Shown: positions 56,264 to 64,000 of the stretch, piece after piece
Position numbering within the stretch: position 1 is the stretch's first letter
Layout of the letters: every line of letters starts with the position of its first letter
Assembly (NCBI GenBank): GCA_048885535.1
Contig: JBHLLO010000001.1
Location: forward strand, 3,721 to 67,720
Length of the DNA: 64,000 bases
Reading direction: 5' to 3'
Source: Candidatus Hermodarchaeota archaeon
Lineage (GTDB): Archaea; Asgardarchaeota; Lokiarchaeia; Sigyniarchaeales; SOKP01
The notes under the pieces: generated by a model
Databases searched by the model: none
Told to the model about the DNA's origin: nothing
Seen by the model: the letters and a program-made list of their open reading frames with translations, nothing else
Position numbers and translations under genes: made by a program

Positions 56264-56461
56264 TTAGAACTTAAATGGTTCTGGAGGTGGACCTGGGGGG
56301 CTAGGTCGATCTGGTGGTGGGAATGGGCTAGGTTGAGGTGATGGTTGAATAGGTAACCGACTTAATCTATTTTCAATTAATGAAATACGATTTTCTAGCT
56401 CGTTTAGTCTTTTTTCAATTTTAACAATTCTTTCCAATAAATTTGGGTTTTCTCTCGACAT
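56264..56461 (-). CDS. Small coiled-coil protein with proline-rich C-terminus
   Basis: 65 aa. LLERIVKIEKRLNELENRISLIENRLSRL followed by PIQPSPQPSPFPPPDRPSPPGPPPEPFKF. This is a local GC-rich island caused by Pro codons. Confidence 0.5.
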   Translation of the reverse strand: MSRENPNLLERIVKIEKRLNELENRISLIENRLSRLPIQPSPQPSPFPPPDRPSPPGPPPEPFKF

Positions 56462-56629
56462 TTACTATCAAAATAAAAATTCAATATTTAGATATTTATT
56501 CTTAACTATAACTTAAAAAAGAAAAAAAATAAGTATACCATATTTGCATTAATTAGTATTTTATAATTTTTTAGTTCGAGTTTAGTAAAAAAGTATAATT
56601 TTATATTTTCTGGTTCTTTCATTATTATT

Positions 56630-57730
56630 ATGGAAAGTTGGAACATCTCGAAAAAGTTAAAGAGTGAGTTACTTAAAAAATCCAGTAGTATTGAGGATAA
56701 TAGTAGGAGAATATTGTATATTCTTAGAAACTTAGGTCCACAAAGATTCACTAATATTATAAAATATTCAAATTTAAGTAGGTCAACAGTATCTAAGTAT
56801 CTTAATTATCATCGAAAGGAAAAAAATATTGAGCAAAGATTAATTACAGATAAAGATACCAATAAACAATATCAGGGTTATGTTATTACTGAAAAGGGCA
56901 TAGAAATTTTGGGAGAATTTCCTTTAAAGTTAAAAGATGAGTTATATGTTATTAATGAATTAAAAGAGAATGTCCGAAAGCTAGAAAGCTTAATCGACTT
57001 TTACAAAAAGATAAATCTTGAGGATCCCTTTATAATCCATATAGTACGTATCATCTCTAAAATTGGAGATAACTTCTTTAAATTACACCAAGATAGAGAT
57101 CTATATTTATCTCTTTTTTATATATTTTATAACTCAATTTTAGGACAAGGAGCCTTAGCACGAAAATATTGGCATTTTGAAGATTCTAGTTCTCAAAAAT
57201 TTGTTGGTTATAAATTGAATTTAGACCAATTTTGTGAATTATATCATGTTTCTAAAGAAGCGATAAGTTATTTAGCACGAATTAAACTAATTACTCCTGA
57301 TTTCGGATTTTATCTTATTAAACGTGAAGCGAATGATTTTTTTTTCCATGAGGAAGATTTGTTGGGCACTACTACAATTAGATTGATTAAAGATAGATTA
57401 ATAGATGAAATTATTAATCTTCAAGAGGGTATTTATGATATGATTTATGATCTAGATATCATAGCTGAAGATTTAACAAACCAGTTGAAAGAAATGGGCT
57501 TGATTTGGGATGCTATAAGAGAACATTTCCAAATGTTGGTTCTAAATCTTTTTATTAAGAATGCTATTGAAATGGGGTTCTTGGATATAGAACGCGATAA
57601 ATTAATGGAAGGAATTGCTCAATCAAAAAAATTTTCAATGTCAGAAGAAGGAAAAATACTTCAAAAGTCAATATTAAAAGGCTTGAAATTGGAAGTAAAT
57701 CTGAATATCCTTACACTAATCATGGATTGA
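56630..57730 (+). CDS. Hypothetical protein with N-terminal MarR/ArsR-like winged helix-turn-helix
   Basis: 366 aa. RRILYILRNLGPQRFTNIIKYSNLSRSTVSKYLNYH...YQGYVITEKGIEIL. The C-terminal ~260 aa are helical and unassigned. Confidence 0.5.
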   Translation: MESWNISKKLKSELLKKSSSIEDNSRRILYILRNLGPQRFTNIIKYSNLSRSTVSKYLNYHRKEKNIEQRLITDKDTNKQYQGYVITEKGIEILGEFPLKLKDELYVINELKENVRKLESLIDFYKKINLEDPFIIHIVRIISKIGDNFFKLHQDRDLYLSLFYIFYNSILGQGALARKYWHFEDSSSQKFVGYKLNLDQFCELYHVSKEAISYLARIKLITPDFGFYLIKREANDFFFHEEDLLGTTTIRLIKDRLIDEIINLQEGIYDMIYDLDIIAEDLTNQLKEMGLIWDAIREHFQMLVLNLFIKNAIEMGFLDIERDKLMEGIAQSKKFSMSEEGKILQKSILKGLKLEVNLNILTLIMD

Positions 57731-57904
57731 GAAGAGTTGGTTGTTAAGTTTAATACAAATTAAGAAGGGGTATTTCTATATAATTTTCATTTTTTCACTA
57801 AATTCAAAAAGACTAGAGTTTTTAATACCTAATTTAACATAAATGCTATAGAGTTAGCAAATCTCTATTAAATTTCTTCACTGACAAAAATCCTTACTGA
57901 AAAA

Positions 57905-59569
57905 ATGATAATTGTAAGCTTAATTTTATTCACAATTTTATCTATTGGGGTATGCACCTTCATACATTCTAATCATCATCCAGTAAAAGAGTTTAAAGTC
58001 AACGAATTTTTAAAACTAAAATTAGAAAATGGAAAAACAAATATTTATGTAAAAAACCGGGTATTTAGACAGTGTATGTATTTACTCTTGAACATTCCTA
58101 AGGATAAAATTCATAAGTATGATCATATTGAATCAATTGATGAAGCTGCAGAATCATTAGATAGATCAATGGAGAGAGATTTTAGAGTTAGAAGTCAAAT
58201 TACACCTGAGGAAGAATTTTTAGGACATTGTTCCAATATTCAAGCTTGGGCTGATAATGACTACGATACTCGCATATTACATAGAAATCTAGCATTCCCT
58301 CTCTTAAAAAGGCTAGCCGATATTGGAGACCCCCTTGCTATGAAAAGATTTAAAGAAGAGGTTGCAATTAGATATGCTAGTGGTTATCCCTCAGTAATGC
58401 AGTATTTAACTCAACGTGGTTATTTAAATTACCTTACTAGTGAAGAGTTTGAAAGTATTATTAATGATATAGAATCTCCTTTAATTACTGATATCAGTAA
58501 GAAAATAAATTTATACTTAAATCAATCTGATAATGCAAATGTAATTAAGGAAATATCTTATTCTATAGGGGGTTTATTAAAGACTCTTAAATTTAAGCAT
58601 AGTTATCTATTATTAACTCGAGTTTTAAAAGAAATACCAGAAGAAGCTAGACAAAAATTTATAGAAATTATTTGTTATAATTTTCAAAGTAGTAAGAGTT
58701 TTCCAATGCTAGACTTTGTAAAATCCATCGAAAATCATTATAATAATATAAAATTAAATTACATCTGTTATGAAAGTAAGTTTATTGGATTTTTAACAGG
58801 AAATAAATTAAATTTGAGACAAAGGGGAATAACTGAGTTCGAAAAAGTTGAAGGAATTCGAAAAAATGCCAATGAGGTTGAAGAAATTGATTTAAGCAAA
58901 AATCACATATCAAAAGTTAAAGGTTTTGAGGAATTCTTAAATTTACATACTTTAAAGTTAAATTACAACAATATAAGAGAAATTAATGGATTGGAGCTAT
59001 GTGAAAAACTTAGAATTTTAGAACTTAATAATAATCAAATTTCATCTTTAGATAGTCTAAATAAGTTAAAATATTTAGAAAAGCTGTCAATTAGGAATAA
59101 TTCAATTGAGGAAATTAGTGAAATAAGTAGCCTTAAACACTTAGAGTTTCTTGATCTTTCAGGAAATATTGGTATTAGTAAGATACCAGAAATGTTAAAA
59201 GATCATCCTTCATTAAAGATATTAAAATTATCTGGGTGCCCCCTAAGCAAGTATACTGAATCAACATCAAAATTCTTCTGGATGGAAGCTAATTATAGTT
59301 ATTATTCAAATTTTTCCTCAAAGGATATCCTCCAATATCAACATACCTTTAATAAAAATGCTCTTTATGGTAATAGATTATATAAACATTTTGTGAAGTG
59401 GTTACTAAATATTCAATCAATCAAAATGAAATTTAAATGTGGTTATAAAACTATTAATCAATATGAGATTGAAAGTAATAAGAGTGCAATTTGGAACGGT
59501 AAACCAACAAAAGCATTTATAACTTGGTTAGAAAACAAGAAACAAACTAGAATTACTGACTTTTTATAA
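57905..59569 (+). CDS. Leucine-rich repeat protein (SDS22-like 22-residue LRRs) with N-terminal TM or signal anchor
   Basis: 554 aa. N-terminal IIVSLILFTILSIGVCTFI. At least five consecutive LRRs: IDLSKNHISKVKGFEEFLNLHTLKLNYNNIREINGLELCEKLRILELNNNQISSLDSLNKLKYLEKLSIRNNSIEEISEISSLKHLEFLDLSGN. Confidence 0.8.
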   Translation: MIIVSLILFTILSIGVCTFIHSNHHPVKEFKVNEFLKLKLENGKTNIYVKNRVFRQCMYLLLNIPKDKIHKYDHIESIDEAAESLDRSMERDFRVRSQITPEEEFLGHCSNIQAWADNDYDTRILHRNLAFPLLKRLADIGDPLAMKRFKEEVAIRYASGYPSVMQYLTQRGYLNYLTSEEFESIINDIESPLITDISKKINLYLNQSDNANVIKEISYSIGGLLKTLKFKHSYLLLTRVLKEIPEEARQKFIEIICYNFQSSKSFPMLDFVKSIENHYNNIKLNYICYESKFIGFLTGNKLNLRQRGITEFEKVEGIRKNANEVEEIDLSKNHISKVKGFEEFLNLHTLKLNYNNIREINGLELCEKLRILELNNNQISSLDSLNKLKYLEKLSIRNNSIEEISEISSLKHLEFLDLSGNIGISKIPEMLKDHPSLKILKLSGCPLSKYTESTSKFFWMEANYSYYSNFSSKDILQYQHTFNKNALYGNRLYKHFVKWLLNIQSIKMKFKCGYKTINQYEIESNKSAIWNGKPTKAFITWLENKKQTRITDFL

Positions 59570-59580
59570 ATTAATCTTTA

Positions 59581-60537
59581 TTATGAATAATCTAACATTT
59601 TTTCAATCGGTTCTAGGGCTCTTTTAGCTATTTCAGAAGGGACCTTCACTTCAAAAGGATTCTCGGCTAGATTTTCCAAAATATATTTAATTAATTCAAG
59701 ATTATGCTTTTTCATATTGTAACAAATCAATTTATCTTTAGCTAGATATAACTTTTGACTTGGAAAATCTTCCTGCAAACGATTTAATAATCCAACTTCG
59801 GTTCCTATTATGAATTCATCAAATTTTGAAGAATTCTCCTTAACAAAATTATACATACGCGTTGTAGAACCTACAAAATCTGCTAGTTCTCTTACTTTTC
59901 TTATACATTCTGGATGAACAAGAACTTTTGCTTGAGGATATTTAGCTTTGATAATAATAATGTCATTTTCAGTTATTTGTGAATGTACATAACAATGTCC
60001 ATTCTCAGGCATTTTTATAGTTTTAACGTTAGATAACTGTTCAGCATAGTCTGCTAAGTTTGCATCCGGCCCAAATAACACAGAATTAACATCATATTCT
60101 CTACTAATCTCTTCAACGACCTTTACAGCATTAGATGATGTACAACAGACATCTGACTCTGCTTTCACTGCAGCAGTTGAGTTTACATACATTACTACAG
60201 GGTGATCAGGAAATTTCCTTTTGAAATCTATAACTTTTTCAGGAGTTAGAAAAGCTGCCATAGGACAGCAAGATTCTGGATTTGGGATTAAAACATGCTT
60301 ATCTTGGTTTAGAATTGATGCTGTTTCTGCCATGAAGTCCACTCCTGCAAAGATAATATATTTCGTATCAACCTTATCCTTAGCTATACGAGATAAACCA
60401 AGGGAGTCACCTAAATAATCTGCTATTTGTTGTATTTCAATAGGTTGATAATAGTGTCCTAAAATAGTCACATCATTTACTTTTTTTAATCTTAAAATCT
60501 CTTCTTGGAGTTCATTCACTTTCAATTCTTTCATCAC
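59581..60537 (-). CDS. nadA: Quinolinate synthase
   Basis: 318 aa. ILGHYYQPIEIQQIADYLGDSL, GVDFMAETA, VMYVNSTAAVKAESDVCCTSSNAV, VHPEC, GSTT. Confidence 0.9.
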   Translation of the reverse strand: MMKELKVNELQEEILRLKKVNDVTILGHYYQPIEIQQIADYLGDSLGLSRIAKDKVDTKYIIFAGVDFMAETASILNQDKHVLIPNPESCCPMAAFLTPEKVIDFKRKFPDHPVVMYVNSTAAVKAESDVCCTSSNAVKVVEEISREYDVNSVLFGPDANLADYAEQLSNVKTIKMPENGHCYVHSQITENDIIIIKAKYPQAKVLVHPECIRKVRELADFVGSTTRMYNFVKENSSKFDEFIIGTEVGLLNRLQEDFPSQKLYLAKDKLICYNMKKHNLELIKYILENLAENPFEVKVPSEIAKRALEPIEKMLDYS

Positions 60538-60538
60538 C

Positions 60539-61759
60539 TCACAAAATTAGATTGAATTTTTTAGCAATTTCAAGGAATGAGTTTGCGAAGTGTTTTACTT
60601 GTTCCCATGTTAGACCGTATATGTTAAATTTCAGTTCTTTGGAAATCCCTGGGGCCAATCCTATAATTCCCCTCTCTTTAAATTCTTGTCTAACAAAAAA
60701 GCCTTTTCGTGGATGAGTTTTAGCAACTTCAGCGAATGAATCTGTTTTAATATTTGTTAAAGGATGAATTTTTGGTAATTTACCTTGAACTTCAATACCT
60801 CTTACTTTTTTGATGTTTTCAATTACAAAATTTGCCTTCTTGGATTCTTGAATGATATTTTCTCTTTTAGTTCGTTTTACAATTGTAGGAAAACTTGCCA
60901 TTAAAGTAATTAGAGGTGCTCCATAAACGGGAGGGCATCCCATTAAGGTACAAATTTTGTTTGGAAATGATTTACTTGTTAAATTTCCTTGGATCTGGGA
61001 ACTTACCATAATATCATTATAATATTCATTACTAAATCCAAGAAGTCCGATTGGACCAGAAGCTGCCATAGATTTATGACCACTACATGCGATAAAGTCT
61101 ATATTATTAGTTTTACAATCAATTGGTAAAACTCCTGCTGAATAAGCCGCATTCAAAAGAAAGGGTACTTCGTAATCTCGGCATATATCACCTATCGGTT
61201 TGGGATCGTTAAAATTTCCGTACTTATAATCAACATGGGTTAATATAACTAATAATGGTAATTGTCCCGTTTCTTTCTTAACAGCATCGATTGTCTCTTT
61301 ATAATCAGTACTATTAATTATAAACTCTGGTTCTCCAGAATTAGGAACTTCTCTGACTTCTAAATTATTTGACTCGATTGCTAAATAAGTTGTATAGTGA
61401 GCTAGACTATCTATAATTATCACTTTTCTTTTTGGATATCTTTTTGATAAAGATTCTATTATAAGTCGTTTTGATTCTCTTGCGGCTGCGGTTGGAATTA
61501 CTTTATCAATGTTTAAAAAATTAGCCATATCAACTAAAAAATCAATAACTGGTGGATTTTCAATTTCGTCGATTCTACCTTTAAGGCAATTATCACAAAT
61601 TGAATAGCCATCTCCAAATTTTATTAACGCTTTAAACGCTTCTTTTGTTAATAGACCTCCTCTCTGAATAGGATGAACATTTATGAACTCTTCATTAACA
61701 AATCGAGAAAGATTAGAATATTTTTGAACGAGAGAATTATTATATTCGATTTTATTCAT
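60539..61759 (-). CDS. pscS: O-phosphoseryl-tRNA(Cys):Cys-tRNA synthase (SepCysS)
   Basis: 406 aa. INVHPIQRGGLLTKEAFKALIKFGDGYSICDNCLKGRIDEIENPPVIDF, CSGHKSMAASGPIGLLG (PLP Lys) and ITLMASFP closely follow the Archaeoglobus/methanogen SepCysS sequences as I recall them. Confidence 0.85.
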   Translation of the reverse strand: MNKIEYNNSLVQKYSNLSRFVNEEFINVHPIQRGGLLTKEAFKALIKFGDGYSICDNCLKGRIDEIENPPVIDFLVDMANFLNIDKVIPTAAARESKRLIIESLSKRYPKRKVIIIDSLAHYTTYLAIESNNLEVREVPNSGEPEFIINSTDYKETIDAVKKETGQLPLLVILTHVDYKYGNFNDPKPIGDICRDYEVPFLLNAAYSAGVLPIDCKTNNIDFIACSGHKSMAASGPIGLLGFSNEYYNDIMVSSQIQGNLTSKSFPNKICTLMGCPPVYGAPLITLMASFPTIVKRTKRENIIQESKKANFVIENIKKVRGIEVQGKLPKIHPLTNIKTDSFAEVAKTHPRKGFFVRQEFKERGIIGLAPGISKELKFNIYGLTWEQVKHFANSFLEIAKKFNLIL

Positions 61760-61906
61760 CTTCCTAATTATTAATTTATTAAAACATATTCTTTGATTAG
61801 AAATAGTGTTTTACTTTATAAAAATTAAAACATTATACCTCATCACAAAATTATATTATTTGTTGTTAACTCTTATTCAAAAAGCAGAACTTTTAAGTGA
61901 TAAAAT

Positions 61907-62455
61907 TTGCCAATTATAATGCCAAGTCCTCAAACAGGTAAAACTCCCCAAATACATGAAACTGTATATATTGCACCTACAGCTATTATAATAGGTGATG
62001 TTACTATAGATAAAGGGAGTAATATTTGGTTTGGGGCTGTACTCAGAGGAGATTGGGGTACAATTATTATCGGAAAGAACACTAGTGTGCAAGAAAACGT
62101 TACAATCCATAATGAAATGGGCTCAACAGTTAAAATTGGTGATAATTGCATAATTGGTCATCATGCTATGGTTCATGGACCATGTACAATTGAAAATGGA
62201 TGTGTAGTAGGTATTGGATCTAACGTTTTACACAGATCCAGGATGGGAGAAGGCTCCCAAATTGGTGCTGGAGCAGTATTAGTTAATAAAGAGATTCCAC
62301 CAAGAGTTTTAGCTGTTGGGGTTCCTGCAGAAATCAAGAAAGAATTACCACAAACAGGTAAACTAGTTGGAGAAAAAACATCTGATGAATATGCTAAAAA
62401 TGGAAAAAATTTCAAGGAGTTTTATAGGAAAAATCCTCAGTATCTCAAATGGTAA
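61907..62455 (+). CDS. Gamma-class carbonic anhydrase-like hexapeptide-repeat protein (YrdA/PaaY/CaiE family)
   Basis: 182 aa. PQIHETVYIAPTAIIIGDVTIDKGSNIWFGAVLRGD, IGDNCIIGHHAMVHG. Confidence 0.85.
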   Translation: MPIIMPSPQTGKTPQIHETVYIAPTAIIIGDVTIDKGSNIWFGAVLRGDWGTIIIGKNTSVQENVTIHNEMGSTVKIGDNCIIGHHAMVHGPCTIENGCVVGIGSNVLHRSRMGEGSQIGAGAVLVNKEIPPRVLAVGVPAEIKKELPQTGKLVGEKTSDEYAKNGKNFKEFYRKNPQYLKW

Positions 62456-62658
62456 TCTTTTCTCTTTTTTTTAAAAGTCATCTTAGTATAAAATATCTCT
62501 GTATTATCATTGCTTTTAAGGAAATTTAACCTACTAAATTCAAAAATCTAAAAAAAATAAATTAAATTCCTCTAAAATATTTATATATTTAAAAGGATTA
62601 AGTTATAATTATAGAAATCTAGAACTCTAATAAATTAAAAAAACTAGGTTAGGTTTTA

Positions 62659-63228
62659 ATGAATTTTATAAAAACATTTCTCGTATCGTTATTAATTTAT
62701 CTAGGATTGAATCTGGTCTTCGCTTTTATAATGGTATATACCAATCCAATATTAGCTGCCCAACCAGATGCAGGGCTTCTTATAATAGCGATGATGTTTG
62801 GTCCTATTACAATATCTCCAGTGAATGCTTGGGTACATTTTCCTCTCCCTCTTGGTTATCCTTATAATTCTGGAATCGTTGGTATTATAGAAACAATCTC
62901 TCTTGGAGGAGATTATTTGGCAGCTATAATAATGTTTCTTTACTTGGTAATTCCTCCATTAATGTCAGTTATAATCGGAGGAGTCGTAGCAGATAGTACC
63001 ACTATTGCTTTTGGATCTTGGTTTCTTATCGCAATTATCTCCACAGCAGCTTTTGCTATACTAATCGGTACTATGGGAACTAGTCCATCCATCTTTATTA
63101 TGTTTACTAATCACCTAATATGGCTAAACGGGCCAACAGATTTATATATTGCACTGGTTTTAACAGGTTTAATTAATGCTTTCGTGTATGGGTGTATTTC
63201 ATTCCTAGTTACTAGAAAAAAGCTTTAA
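62659..63228 (+). CDS. Integral membrane protein, unknown function
   Basis: 189 aa with about 5 hydrophobic helices and no recognisable motif. Confidence 0.5.
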   Translation: MNFIKTFLVSLLIYLGLNLVFAFIMVYTNPILAAQPDAGLLIIAMMFGPITISPVNAWVHFPLPLGYPYNSGIVGIIETISLGGDYLAAIIMFLYLVIPPLMSVIIGGVVADSTTIAFGSWFLIAIISTAAFAILIGTMGTSPSIFIMFTNHLIWLNGPTDLYIALVLTGLINAFVYGCISFLVTRKKL

Positions 63229-63270
63229 ATTATGAAATAAATTAAAAATTTTCTTTTTTTCCTTTATACT

Positions 63271-64000
63271 TCATTGGTTCGAGCAAAGGCATTGTTCACT
63301 TTTAACAAGATCTATTTTATCAAACGTAAGATTAATTAGATTAACCATAAGTAACTTGTTTTCTAAATTGGGAAGTCCTAATGTTGTTTTGATAACCTCA
63401 AGAGCTTCTAAAGTACCTAAAACACCCGGGGTTACTCCAATTACTGGTAAAGGGTCTGATTCTTGAGGTAATATTTCTGGTTCACTGAAAACGCATTGGT
63501 AGCATGCTGTTCTTTTTGGATTGATTGTCATTATTTGACCATAGAAATCTTTAATTCCAGCTATTACACATTTTAAGTTTGCTTCAATCGCGATTTTATT
63601 TACTAAAAATTTAGTTTTAAAATTATCACTACAATCTACAATAAAATCTTTATTATCAATATATTTTTTAATTGTTTTTTCCTCTACATAATCTTTATTT
63701 ACAATAATTTTTACCTCAGAATTAAAATTCAATAGGACTTTTTCAGCAGCATCAACCTTATCCTTGCCAATTTGAGTCTCATTATAGAGAATCTGACGTT
63801 GTAAATTCGAAATTGAAACGATATCATTATCTATTATTGTAAGTTCTCCTATACCTGCTGCAACTAAGTAATAAGCAAATGGTGATCCCAAACCTCCAGC
63901 CCCAATTTGGAGTACTCTAATCTTTGATAATTTTTCTTGACCTTCTTCACCAATAGAAGGAGACAAAATTTGTCTTGAATATCTTTCTTTTTGCTTCTTA
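63271..64000 (-). CDS. MoeB/ThiF/UbaA-type E1-like adenylyltransferase; N-terminus runs off the window end
   Basis: The ORF track starts it at TTG 63964-63966, but the frame stays open to the window edge and reads KKQKERYSRQILSPSIGEEGQEKL (the RYSRQI hallmark). Also VLQIGAGGLGSPFAYYLVAAGIGELTIIDNDIVSISNLQRQILY, and zinc CxxC pairs CYQC and CLC. Confidence 0.85.
   Translation of the reverse strand, partial: KKQKERYSRQILSPSIGEEGQEKLSKIRVLQIGAGGLGSPFAYYLVAAGIGELTIIDNDIVSISNLQRQILYNETQIGKDKVDAAEKVLLNFNSEVKIIVNKDYVEEKTIKKYIDNKDFIVDCSDNFKTKFLVNKIAIEANLKCVIAGIKDFYGQIMTINPKRTACYQCVFSEPEILPQESDPLPVIGVTPGVLGTLEALEVIKTTLGLPNLENKLLMVNLINLTFDKIDLVKSEQCLCSNQ

Noticed and set aside
61877-62415. Three minus-strand ORFs (77, 73 and 80 aa) overlapping the gamma-carbonic-anhydrase-like gene
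   Set aside because: The hexapeptide-repeat gene on the plus strand is well supported. Repeat-encoding DNA commonly leaves open antisense frames.
1-64000. Search for rRNA, tRNA, CRISPR repeats, transposases, integrases and defence-system hallmarks
   Set aside because: No GC-rich structured-RNA-like islands occur in any spacer. No regularly spaced direct repeats were seen. No ORF has DDE, tyrosine-recombinase or serine-recombinase motifs, or Cas, restriction or toxin-antitoxin signatures.

Overview
The window is AT-rich (judged by eye, not computed), densely coding and archaeal. I found no rRNA, tRNA, CRISPR array, transposase or integrase. Housekeeping genes include a partial P-type ATPase, guaB, purH, folD, nadA, SepCysS, ComDE-like TPP decarboxylase subunits, a polyprenyl synthase, a sirtuin, a PfkB kinase, an EndA-like tRNA-intron endonuclease and a Hel308/Ski2-like helicase. 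Among them sits a high density of eukaryote-signature-type proteins. These are an actin-fold ATPase, a Ras/Rab-like small GTPase, a longin-like protein next to a DRG-family GTPase, an 84-aa ubiquitin-like protein ending GG-I, and a MoeB/ThiF E1-like enzyme. Also present are an MPN+/JAMM metalloprotease fused to TPR-like repeats, a protein with two UBZ4-like CCHC fingers, a possible PCI-like protein, an SDS22-type LRR protein and a 908-aa multi-winged-helix protein. This combination points to an Asgard (Loki-type) archaeon, which is an inference only. The most interesting observations are listed here:
- An actin homolog has a roughly 130-residue double zinc-ribbon insertion.
- A co-directional MPN+/JAMM then UBZ-like zinc-finger then radical-SAM gene string converges on a PCI-like gene.
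- A longin-like gene is paired with a DRG-like GTPase that has degenerate G2/G3 motifs.
- An EndA-like protein lacks the catalytic histidine.
- A DUF362/ferredoxin gene is interrupted by one in-frame TAA.
- A zinc ribbon is encoded in frame upstream of a membrane protein with no canonical start codon.
- A threonine-synthase-family enzyme is fused to a winged helix-turn-helix domain.
All functional calls come from motif recognition by eye. No database search was possible.
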